Shown here: positions 9,373 through 17,194 of the stretch, piece by piece
How positions within the stretch are numbered: the first letter of the stretch is position 1
Layout: each line of letters starts with the position of its first letter
From: an uncultured Candidatus Saccharibacteria bacterium
Lineage (GTDB): Bacteria; Patescibacteriota; Minisyncoccia; Minisyncoccales; UBA1441
Reading direction: 5' to 3'
Assembly: GCA_964477715.1 (NCBI GenBank)
Contig: CAYZEC010000015.1
Coordinates: forward strand, 1 to 58,012
Length of the DNA stretch: 58,012 bases
Made by a program: the position numbers and the translations under genes
The notes under the pieces: model-generated
The model's database searches: none
Seen by the model: only the letters and a program-made list of their open reading frames with translations
What the model was told of the DNA's origin: nothing

Positions 9373-11205
9373 TTACTCGACTGTCACGCTTTTGGCTAAA
9401 TTCCGAGGTTTATCTACTGAGCAATTTTTAGCAACAGCAACATAATAAGCAATTAACTGCATCGGGATGGTTGAAATGATAGGAGCGAAAAAATCATTTA
9501 TTCTAGGCAAAAGGAAGACTTCATGTGCTGAATTTTTAATATCAACATCTTTTGTGTTCGCAATAACAAAAACCTTTCCTTTTCGGGCTATAACTTCCTG
9601 AACATTGTTAAGAGTTTTCTCTTTTATTCCGGCCTGAGTAATCAAAGCAATAACGGGAACATCTTTTTCTATTAAGGCAAGCGTACCATGCTTCAACTCT
9701 CCGGCGGGATAAGCCTCGGCATGAATATAAGATATTTCTTTTAATTTAAGCGCTCCCTCCATAGCAGCAACATAATCCAATCCCCTTCCGATAAAGAAAA
9801 CATTTTTCCACTTTGATAACTTCAAGGCATATTTTTGCAATTTTTGAATATTCCTTGAAGTTAATAATTCTTGGACTAATCTGGGTATTTTTCCGAATTG
9901 AGTCAATAATTCTTTTTCTTGTTGCGAAGAGATTTTTCTACGTATTCGTCCAAAATAAATAGATAAAAGATAGAGAGCTGTTAGCTGTGCCGTATAAGCT
10001 TTTGTTGAAGCAACGGCAATTTCTGGACCAGCCCGAGTATAGAAAACTTCATTAGCTTCTCGAGCAACAGAACTTCCGACAACATTAGTGATCCCCAGAA
10101 CATAGGCCCTTTTCTTTTTAGCTAAACGCAGAGCGGCAAGAGTGTCTGCTGTTTCCCCAGATTGGCTGATGACAATGACTAGATCTCGGGCTGATATTAA
10201 TGGATTCCGATATCTAAATTCCGAGCCTAGATCAATTTCTACGTTTATGCCTAATATATTTTCCATGATATGACGGGCAATCCAGCCAGCATGAGCCGAA
10301 GTACCGCAGGCAACTATATGAATTTTTTGAAAAGATTTTACCCTGGAAGCTGATATTGGAAATTCACTCAAGTTTAATTTATTTGTTTTTAAATTTATTC
10401 TGTTTTTTAAAGTATCCGCTATCGTTTTAGGCTGTTCCATGATTTCTTTAATCATAAAATGATCATATCCTTCTTTCTCAATCCTTGAACCGTCGCCAGA
10501 TATTTGAAAAATTTTCTTTTTAATTTTTTGTCCGTAAGAATCAAAAAATTCTATTTTCTGAGATTGGACAATAGCCATCTCATTGTCTTCCATGATGTAG
10601 GTTTGACGAGTGTGCCTTAAAAGAGCCGGAGCATCAGAGGCAACAAAATTTTCTCCCTCCCCCACCCCTATGATCAAGGGGCTGTCTTTACGGGCGCAAA
10701 TTAATTTATTTTCATCAGCTGATAAAACCGCTAAGGCATAAGATCCTCTAACTTTAGTCAATGCTTTTTTAACCGCTAAAAATAAATCGCCTCGATAATA
10801 TTCTTCAATCAGATGAATCAACACCTCGGTGTCTGTTTCGGAAAGAAAATTATGTCCTTTCTTCTTGAGCTTTGATCTTAAAGATTGATAATTTTCAATG
10901 ATACCATTATGAACTAAAGATAATTTACCTCGGCAATCAACGTGAGGATGAGCGTTGCAATCACTTGGTTCCCCATGGGTGGCCCAGCGAGTGTGCCCAA
11001 GGCCGATATTTCCGTTTATTTCAGTTTGCCCAATTTTTCTCTCCAAAAATTCCAAGGAACCAGATTTTTTAATAACTCGAAGATTGTTTTTCGAACAAAT
11101 AACAATTCCGGCCGAGTCGTAGCCACGATACTCAAGTTTTTTTAAACCATCAATCAATATTGGGGCTGCTGGACGAAAACTAATATAACCAACGATACCG
11201 CACAT
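9373..11205 (-). CDS. glmS: Glutamine--fructose-6-phosphate aminotransferase
   Basis: Has the N-terminal MCGIVGY Ntn nucleophile, two SIS domains and the C-terminal ...LAKSVTVE. Length is 610 aa. Confidence 0.95.
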   Translation of the reverse strand: MCGIVGYISFRPAAPILIDGLKKLEYRGYDSAGIVICSKNNLRVIKKSGSLEFLERKIGQTEINGNIGLGHTRWATHGEPSDCNAHPHVDCRGKLSLVHNGIIENYQSLRSKLKKKGHNFLSETDTEVLIHLIEEYYRGDLFLAVKKALTKVRGSYALAVLSADENKLICARKDSPLIIGVGEGENFVASDAPALLRHTRQTYIMEDNEMAIVQSQKIEFFDSYGQKIKKKIFQISGDGSRIEKEGYDHFMIKEIMEQPKTIADTLKNRINLKTNKLNLSEFPISASRVKSFQKIHIVACGTSAHAGWIARHIMENILGINVEIDLGSEFRYRNPLISARDLVIVISQSGETADTLAALRLAKKKRAYVLGITNVVGSSVAREANEVFYTRAGPEIAVASTKAYTAQLTALYLLSIYFGRIRRKISSQQEKELLTQFGKIPRLVQELLTSRNIQKLQKYALKLSKWKNVFFIGRGLDYVAAMEGALKLKEISYIHAEAYPAGELKHGTLALIEKDVPVIALITQAGIKEKTLNNVQEVIARKGKVFVIANTKDVDIKNSAHEVFLLPRINDFFAPIISTIPMQLIAYYVAVAKNCSVDKPRNLAKSVTVE

Positions 11206-11487
11206 ATTATTTTTTTAACTTAATCCTATAAAGTAATTTTCAGAGTCTATTAAAATATCTTTTAAGTAAAAGAATTGCTCTAAGGTTGTATCGTTTCAGC
11301 TTCTCTTTATACTAAACTAGATTTTGATTAATTGCCATAAGGGGCTATCGAGATTAGAATGAAATATCCAGATAAGCAATAGAATATAAAAACAGACAAG
11401 ATGTGATAAATTAAGCGTAACAGATTTAATGTCGCACAAATCTAATATGCATCAATCTTTATTTTGGTAATTTTATAAATATTAAAT

Positions 11488-12612
11488 ATGGAAAACGTAG
11501 TTATTTTAGGATCCACTGGATCCGTTGGAAAGCAGGCTCTGGAAGTAATCTCTGCCTACCCTGATAAATTTAAGGTTTTTGGGATTGCTGCAAAAAGTAA
11601 CATTACTGATTTAAAAATTCAAATAGAAAGATTTCGCCCCGAAATAATTTCTGTTCAAGAAAAAGAAGCTTTCGAAATCCTTGCGAATAGCGCCAAGGGG
11701 GTATATTTGGGAGAAGAAGGACTCATAAAGCTTTCTTCTCACCCTCAAGTAGATATAGTTTTAATATGCACTTCAGGAACAGCAGCGCTATCAGCTCTTT
11801 TTGCTGCCATTTCCGCTAAGAAAAAAATAATTCAAGCCAATAAAGAGATAATCATAGCTGGTGGAGAAATAATAAATAAAGAACTTCGTCGACACAATGT
11901 ATCAATTATACCGATAGATTCAGAACATTCTGCCATCTTCCAGTGCCTCAAAGGAGAGGAAAAAAGAGATGTCAAACGCATAATCCTTACATGTTCTGGC
12001 GGACCATTCCGGAATCATTCTTTACAAAGCTTAGAAAGAGTGAGTAAAGAAGAGGCCCTGTCTCATCCAGTCTGGAAAATGGGTCCCAAAATAAGCATTG
12101 ACTCTGCCACCTTAATGAACAAAGGATTTGAGATAATAGAAGCTCATTATTTATTCGACATCCCTCTAGAGAAGATAGATGTTGTTATCCATCCCGAAGG
12201 AGTGATCCACTCTATGGTTGAATTTAATGACGGAAATATAAAGGCTATATTAGGGCCTCCTAGTATGAAAAGTCCAATAGAATATGCGCTCTTTTATCCC
12301 GAAAGAGGAAGCGGAACGATCCCTGGCCTCAATTTGTCTGAAGTAGAAAAGCTTTCTTTTTTTACTCCAGATACCGAGAGATTTCCCTGTCTTGAAATCG
12401 CAAGAGATGCCCTAAGAACGGGTGGAACCATGCCAGCAGCTCTTGTTTTTGCTGATGAAATAGTTGTAAAAAAATTTCTAGATGGAGAAATTAAGTTTTT
12501 AGACATTCCAAAAGTTATAAAAGAAATAATTGATGGACATAAAAAAATAGCAAACCCAAAAATGGAAGATATCGTGTCTTTAGAAAAAGAAATTAAAAAT
12601 CTTTATAAATAA
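11488..12612 (+). CDS. dxr: 1-deoxy-D-xylulose-5-phosphate reductoisomerase
   Basis: Contains ILGSTGSVG (NADPH loop), PIDSEHSAIFQC and LSHPVWKMGPKISIDSATLMNKG. Confidence 0.9.
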   Translation: MENVVILGSTGSVGKQALEVISAYPDKFKVFGIAAKSNITDLKIQIERFRPEIISVQEKEAFEILANSAKGVYLGEEGLIKLSSHPQVDIVLICTSGTAALSALFAAISAKKKIIQANKEIIIAGGEIINKELRRHNVSIIPIDSEHSAIFQCLKGEEKRDVKRIILTCSGGPFRNHSLQSLERVSKEEALSHPVWKMGPKISIDSATLMNKGFEIIEAHYLFDIPLEKIDVVIHPEGVIHSMVEFNDGNIKAILGPPSMKSPIEYALFYPERGSGTIPGLNLSEVEKLSFFTPDTERFPCLEIARDALRTGGTMPAALVFADEIVVKKFLDGEIKFLDIPKVIKEIIDGHKKIANPKMEDIVSLEKEIKNLYK

Positions 12613-12719
12613 CTAGGAGGATATTTGTTGCTACTATGGCGAAAAATCCTTAAATTAGATTTAGGCAATAGAATAAACAAAAAACCAAGAAAATAAACTT
12701 GAGCTTACTAACAGTATAG

Positions 12720-12792
12720 TGGACCCGGGGAGATTCGAACTCCCGACCTCCACATTGCAAATGTGGCGCTCTACCAACTAAGCTACGGGCCC
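12720..12792 (-). tRNA. tRNA-Ala (UGC)
   Basis: The reverse complement folds as a 73-nt cloverleaf: GGGCCCG acceptor with G3:U70, anticodon loop UUUGCAA, T-loop TTCGAAT. CCA is not encoded. Confidence 0.9.
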
Positions 12793-12802
12793 TATGTCAA
12801 AG

Positions 12803-12874
12803 TGGGCGTGGCAGGAATTGGACCTGCGACCTCTTCTTTATCAGAGAAGCGCTCTACCACTGAGCCACACGCCC
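12803..12874 (-). tRNA. tRNA-Ile (GAU)
   Basis: The reverse complement folds as a 72-nt cloverleaf: acceptor GGGCGTG/CACGCCC, anticodon loop CUGAUAA. The T-loop reads UCCAAUU, with C where U55 is expected. CCA is not encoded. Confidence 0.85.
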
Positions 12875-12899
12875 ACGATAGAATCATTTTAACAGCAAC

Positions 12900-12924
12900 T
12901 AAAAAATCCCGCAAGTTGCGGGAT
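12900..12924 (-). terminator. Intrinsic-terminator-like hairpin in the 16S-tRNA-Ile spacer
   Basis: The minus-strand RNA is AUCCCGCA-ACU-UGCGGGAU (8-bp GC-rich stem), followed directly by UUUUUAG, which gives a six-U run when the stem's terminal U is counted. Confidence 0.5.
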
Positions 12925-12935
12925 GAATAATTAAC

Positions 12936-12954
12936 TATTTTGAACCGTCTTGAG
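12936..12954 (-). repeat. 3' arm of 16S-flanking processing stem (inverted repeat with 14539..14557)
   Basis: The plus-strand sequence tattttgaaccgtcttgag matches 17/19 positions of the leader RNA sequence tattttgaatcgccttgag. This gives a 19-bp helix with one G-U and one C-A. Confidence 0.6.
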
Positions 12955-13035
12955 AGCGGATAAGAAAGGTTTACCGCTATTGCCTTAAAATTGAAATCCA
13001 AATTTGAGATTTCAATTATAGTCGACAAACTTAGA

Positions 13036-14530
13036 AATAATATTGTTCCACGCGCAGATTCCCCTACGCGTACCTTGTTACGACTTAGTCCTGATCATTG
13101 GCCCTACCTTCGGCCCTCCCAAATGGAGAGACTACGGGCATTACCAACTTTCCTGACTTGACGGGCAGTGAGTACAAAACCCAGGAACATATTCATCGCC
13201 ACATAGCTGATTGGCGATTACTAGCGATTCCGGCTTCATGGGGTCGAATTGCAGACCCCAATCCGAACTGAGGAATTGTTTAGGCGATTAGCTCCATCTT
13301 GCGATGTGGCAAACGCATTGTCAATCCCATTGTATCATGTGTGCAGCCCAGGGCATCAAAGGGCCATACTGATTTGGCGTCATCCCCGCCTTCCTCCTCG
13401 TTGTTCGAGGCAGTTTCCTATGGTACGTGAAACATAGGACAGGGGTTGCGTTCGTTATCCGACTTAACGGTACATTTCAAAACACGAACTGACGACAACC
13501 ATGCAGCACCTGTGCTAACGTCTCCGAAGAGTAGACCCGACTTTCATCGGGCTTCATTAGCATGTCAAGCCCTGGTAAGGTTCTTCGCTTGTTGTCGAAT
13601 TAAGCCACATGATCCACCGCTTGTGTGGGTTCCCGTCTATTCCTTTGAGTTTTAGTCTTGCGACCGTACTCCCCAGGCGGGACACTTAACGCGTTAGCTT
13701 CGCCACCGAAAGGGTCGACACTTCCGATAGCTAGTGTCCATCGTTTACAGCGTGGACTAAAAGGGTATCTAATCCTTGTTGCTACCCACGCTTTCGTCTC
13801 TGAGCGTCAGGACTGCCCCAGCCAGTTGCCTTCGCCTTTGGCGTTCCTGATGATATCGACGGATTTCACCCCTCCACCATCAGTTCCACTGACCTCTGAC
13901 AGCCTCTAGTTAAGTAGTTTTTTCGGCATTCCAAAAGTTGAGCCCTTGGTTTTTAACCGAAAACTTTCTTGACCGCCTACAGACGCTTTACGCCCAATAA
14001 ATCCGGGTAACGCTTAGGGGTTCTGAATTACCGCGCCTGCTGGCACAGAATTGGGCCCCCTTTATTCCACCGATACCGTCATCCCGAAGGATTCTTCTCG
14101 GTGAAAAGATCTTTACGCTCCGCAGAGCTTCTTCAATCACGTGGTGTCGCTCGGTCAGGCTTTCGCCCATTGCCGAAGATTATCGACTGCAGCCTCCCGT
14201 AGGAGTAAAGCCCGTATCTCAGTGCTTTTGTTGGGGAACACACTTTCATGCCCCCTATCCGTCATAGCCTTGGTGAGCCGTTACCTCACCAACAAGCTGA
14301 TAGAACGCAGGCCAATTCCATTCCGACCGAAGCCTTTACTCAATCAATCTTACGATCAATAGAGACTATCGAACATTAGCTCTGATTTCTCAGAGTTATT
14401 TTCGTGAATGGAGTATGTTGCCTACGTGTTACTAACCCGTTTGCCGGTGCTCCCGAAGGAGCCCCTTGACTTGCATGCCTTATCCACACCACCAGCGTTC
14501 ACCCTGAGCTAGGATCAAACTCTCAATAAA
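13036..14530 (-). rRNA. rrs: 16S ribosomal RNA (about 1.5 kb; ends approximate)
   Basis: The reverse complement contains AGAGTTTGATCCTAGCTCAG (8F site, 14505..14524), GTGCCAGCAGGCGCGGTAA (14028..14046), the 806R site (13754..13773) and a perfect 1492R site TACCTTGTTACGACTT (13071..13086), followed by helix 45. Plus-strand ORFs 13249..14362 are artefacts. Confidence 0.95.
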
Positions 14531-14538
14531 AGAATAAA

Positions 14539-14557
14539 CTCAAGGCGATTCAAAATA
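14539..14557 (-). repeat. 5' arm of 16S-flanking processing stem (pairs with 12936..12954)
   Basis: See the 3' arm. It lies 8 nt upstream of the 16S 5' end. Confidence 0.6.
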
Positions 14558-14574
14558 ATCAATTATTCAAATGG

Positions 14575-14581
14575 AAAGAAC
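14575..14581 (-). promoter_or_regulatory. boxA-like antitermination element in the 16S leader
   Basis: The minus strand reads GTTCTTT just after the predicted transcription start. This equals the core of Gram-positive rrn boxA (UGUUCUUUGAAAA). It is a short motif, so confidence is low. Confidence 0.3.
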
Positions 14582-14589
14582 TGGTTTCT

Positions 14590-14618
14590 ATTCTACTTCA
14601 CCTATTATTAATTGTCAA
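14590..14618 (-). promoter_or_regulatory. Sigma-70-type promoter for the 16S rRNA
   Basis: The minus strand reads TTGACA (14618..14613), a 17-nt spacer, then TAGAAT (14595..14590). It starts immediately after the rpsP stop codon. Confidence 0.6.
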
Positions 14619-15068
14619 TTATTCTTTTTTATCTTCCTCTGACTTCTTCTCTTCTTTCTTGCCTTCGTTAACTTCAGTCTCATCAGTATTATTTGAAGAA
14701 TCTTTTTCTGGTTCAGAAATCACTTCTTGCACAACTTCTTCTTTTGGCCCACTTTCTTCCAGATTTTTATCTTTATCTGGATTTTCTGCAGATTCTGTAA
14801 TTTTCTTTTTCAAGACATCTACTTTTGAACCAACAATTATTTTGGCTTCAATTAACATATTATGAACGCGATCAGTTGGTTGAGCCCCTGAAGAAAGCCA
14901 ATATTTAATCCTTTCTTCATTTAATTCTTGCTCTTTGGTGAAAGGATTAAAGAAGCCAACCTTCTCGATAAATTTTCCTCCTTGAGGAGCATTACGACTA
15001 TCGGTTACCACAATCCGATAAAATGGTTGATTTTTACGACCTGTTCGGAAAAAACGAATTTTTAACAT
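14619..15068 (-). CDS. rpsP: Ribosomal protein bS16 with long acidic/Lys-rich C-terminal tail
   Basis: Begins [21 protein letters not shown], a canonical S16 N-terminus. The internal ATG at 15068 avoids overlap with rnc. About 65 extra C-terminal residues. Confidence 0.9.
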   Translation of the reverse strand: MLKIRFFRTGRKNQPFYRIVVTDSRNAPQGGKFIEKVGFFNPFTKEQELNEERIKYWLSSGAQPTDRVHNMLIEAKIIVGSKVDVLKKKITESAENPDKDKNLEESGPKEEVVQEVISEPEKDSSNNTDETEVNEGKKEEKKSEEDKKE

Positions 15069-15075
15069 AATTGTA

Positions 15076-15798
15076 TTATCTATTTTTTTTAAAATAATGC
15101 AAGGCTCGTTCTGCCGCATCTTGTTCGGCTATCTGCTTTGAACCCCCCGATCCAGTGCTAACTATTTGCCCATCAATTAAAACCCCAACCTTAAAATTTT
15201 TTGCGTGATCAGGTCCCTCAGTCTGAATAATTTCATAACAAGGAGCCACTCTCCCTTGTGATTGAATTAATTCTTGCAATTTTGATTTTGCATCAATGTA
15301 ATCAGATTGATCAATTATTCTTTGCAATAAGATTAAAATATTATCAACAATAAAACGATCAACTCTTTTCTGCCCTTGGTCGAGATAGATGGCTCCGATA
15401 AAAGCTTCAACTGTATCAGCGAGAACTCCGTCACTTATTTGACCATTTAATTCTCCGTGTGACAATAAAAGATATTTTTTAAATTCAAGTTTTTGTGCTA
15501 ATTGAGATAGTTTTTTCGTGTTAACTAGAGCCGCTCGCCAACGAGTTAACTCTCCCTCTGAAGCTGAGTATTTGCAGTAGAGATATTCGGTTGTAGATAA
15601 TTCCAGGACAGCATCTCCCAGAAACTCAAGTCTCTCATTGTTGCCTAAGGGGAATTCAGGATTTTCATTTAAAAAAGAACGATGGACAAAAGCTTGAACG
15701 AGTAATGATTTATCTTTAAATATTGCTTTAGTTTGCTTTTCTAAAAAAGCGAAGTCTTTCAATTGATACCAATATTCGATTTTATTCTTTTTCTCCAT
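15076..15798 (-). CDS. rnc: Ribonuclease III
   Basis: Has the RNase III signature [14 protein letters not shown] and a C-terminal dsRBD (GPDHAKNF...[10 protein letters not shown]). Confidence 0.9.
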   Translation of the reverse strand: MEKKNKIEYWYQLKDFAFLEKQTKAIFKDKSLLVQAFVHRSFLNENPEFPLGNNERLEFLGDAVLELSTTEYLYCKYSASEGELTRWRAALVNTKKLSQLAQKLEFKKYLLLSHGELNGQISDGVLADTVEAFIGAIYLDQGQKRVDRFIVDNILILLQRIIDQSDYIDAKSKLQELIQSQGRVAPCYEIIQTEGPDHAKNFKVGVLIDGQIVSTGSGGSKQIAEQDAAERALHYFKKNR

Positions 15799-16237
15799 TC
15801 TGCGCCGATATTTTTATTTGCTCGAAAATACCTCCAATTACTCCATTGATGAAATGACCCGATGCGACTCCTCCAAAATCTTTCCCTAATTCGATGGCTT
15901 CGTTGATCGCTACTTTGGGGGGCACTTCTTCTGGGTTTAAATACAGTAACTCATATAGACTTAATCTCAGAATATTTCGATCAACTAATGTCATTTTTTG
16001 CATGGGCCATTTGGGAGCAGAGTTCAAAATCATCTGATCTATTTCCGCAAGATGTTCGCTCACCCCCTTGACTAAGTCTCTAAAGAAAATTTCTGTTTGT
16101 TTATCAATCTTTAATTCTTTGGCCCCATCAAGGATACGATCTACATAAACCAAACAATCCCCCGCCTTGAGACCGTAAAAGTCCCACTGATAAAGAGCTT
16201 GAACAGCTAGAGAACGAGCTTGATGACGTGAAGGCAT
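15782..16237 (-). CDS. nusB: Transcription antitermination factor NusB
   Basis: 151 aa. Begins SRHQARSLAVQALYQWDF and has a helical NusB pattern. Confidence 0.8.
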   Translation of the reverse strand: MPSRHQARSLAVQALYQWDFYGLKAGDCLVYVDRILDGAKELKIDKQTEIFFRDLVKGVSEHLAEIDQMILNSAPKWPMQKMTLVDRNILRLSLYELLYLNPEEVPPKVAINEAIELGKDFGGVASGHFINGVIGGIFEQIKISAQNGEKE

Positions 16238-16244
16238 CTTTAAT

Positions 16245-16475
16245 TTAAGAAGATTTTTCTTCTTTGTTTCTCTTCTTTTTTTCTTTTGCTCCCATGTCCT
16301 TCAACACATCGATCACTTCGCGTTCTCGGTAATAACCACAGTAACTGCAAACCGTATGCGGTCGCTTTGGTTTGCCACACTTGCGACATTTTACTAAGGT
16401 TGGAGCAGTTGTATAACAATGCATGCGACGCTGATCGCGCCTTGATTTTGTTTTTCTTTGCTTTGGAACAGCCAT
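16245..16475 (-). CDS. rpmF: Ribosomal protein bL32
   Basis: Begins MAVPKQRKTKSRRDQRR and has a CxxC...CxxC zinc ribbon (CRKCG...CSYCG). Confidence 0.9.
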   Translation of the reverse strand: MAVPKQRKTKSRRDQRRMHCYTTAPTLVKCRKCGKPKRPHTVCSYCGYYREREVIDVLKDMGAKEKKKRNKEEKSS

Positions 16476-16498
16476 ATGACTTTTAACTCTATCAGATA

Positions 16499-17149
16499 TT
16501 AATTATTTTGCCAAGCCCCAAACAACCTAAAGCTAGAACGATGAATCGGTGATGGGCCATATTCATTAAGCATCTGATAGTGGAGTTTCGTTCCATAGCC
16601 TTTGTGTTGAGCAAAATAATATTGAGGATAAAGACTATGATACTTCAACATTATCTTATCTCTCGTTACCTTAGCCAATATTGAGGCAATTGCTACAGAT
16701 AATATTTTTTGATCTCCTCCTATAACCTGATATTGTTTAATTGACGTAACAAGACTAAAATTACCGTCAACGATAAGAGCATTGGGCTTATGTGAGAATT
16801 GATTAACAGCCCCCATCATTGCTTTCTTTGTAGCTTGCAAGATATTGATCTGATCAATAATTTTAGGAGATATAATTCCAATCTTATAGCTTATATCAGG
16901 AGATGATTTAATCCATTGAAATATCTCTGATCTCTTTTTTCCGCTTAACTGCTTAGAATCTCTTACTTCCGATAATAGTATTTTATCTGAAAAAGAATTA
17001 GAAAAGGAAACTGCTACAGCAACTACTGGTCCAGCTAAGGCCCCACGGCCAGCTTCATCTATCCCCGCAATAGAAAGATAACCTTGCTTTCGGATTTTTT
17101 TCTCAAAATCTAGGCTTGGCTTATATTTGTCAAAAGATTTAATTTGCAT
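16499..17149 (-). CDS. rnhB: Ribonuclease HII
   Basis: Has the active-site motif GIDEAGRGALAGPVV. Length is 216 aa. Confidence 0.9.
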   Translation of the reverse strand: MQIKSFDKYKPSLDFEKKIRKQGYLSIAGIDEAGRGALAGPVVAVAVSFSNSFSDKILLSEVRDSKQLSGKKRSEIFQWIKSSPDISYKIGIISPKIIDQINILQATKKAMMGAVNQFSHKPNALIVDGNFSLVTSIKQYQVIGGDQKILSVAIASILAKVTRDKIMLKYHSLYPQYYFAQHKGYGTKLHYQMLNEYGPSPIHRSSFRLFGAWQNN

Positions 17150-17155
17150 TATAAT
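17127..17155 (+). promoter_or_regulatory. Sigma-70-type promoter for the repeat-protein/dnaE/thrS/miaB block
   Basis: Reads TTGTCA (17127..17132), a 17-nt spacer, then TATAAT (17150..17155). It lies 40 nt upstream of the 17195 ATG. Confidence 0.45.
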
Positions 17156-17194
17156 GATATCAGATATTAGTTATTTTAACCCTTAAAAGATAAA

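Noticed and set aside
11206-11487. Possible glmS ribozyme or other riboswitch in the 282-nt glmS/dxr divergent spacer
   Set aside because: The region is almost pure A/T, with no GC-rich paired elements. I could not find the conserved glmS-ribozyme core segments. It is more likely just divergent promoters.
12615-12653. AGGAGGA after the dxr stop, followed by a mini-ORF ATG GCG AAA AAT CCT TAA
   Set aside because: The spacing to the ATG (14 nt) is too long and the ORF is only 5 codons. It is probably a chance occurrence.
12792-13028. 78-aa minus-strand ORF spanning the rRNA spacer and tRNA-Ile
   Set aside because: It has a TTG start and reads through a tRNA gene and the ITS hairpins, so there is no coding support.
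13249-14362. Five ORFs of 60-83 aa on both strands (13249..13437, 13446..13655, 13658..13909, 13988..14170, 14141..14362)
   Set aside because: They lie entirely inside the 16S rRNA gene and are reading-frame artefacts of a GC-richer structural RNA.
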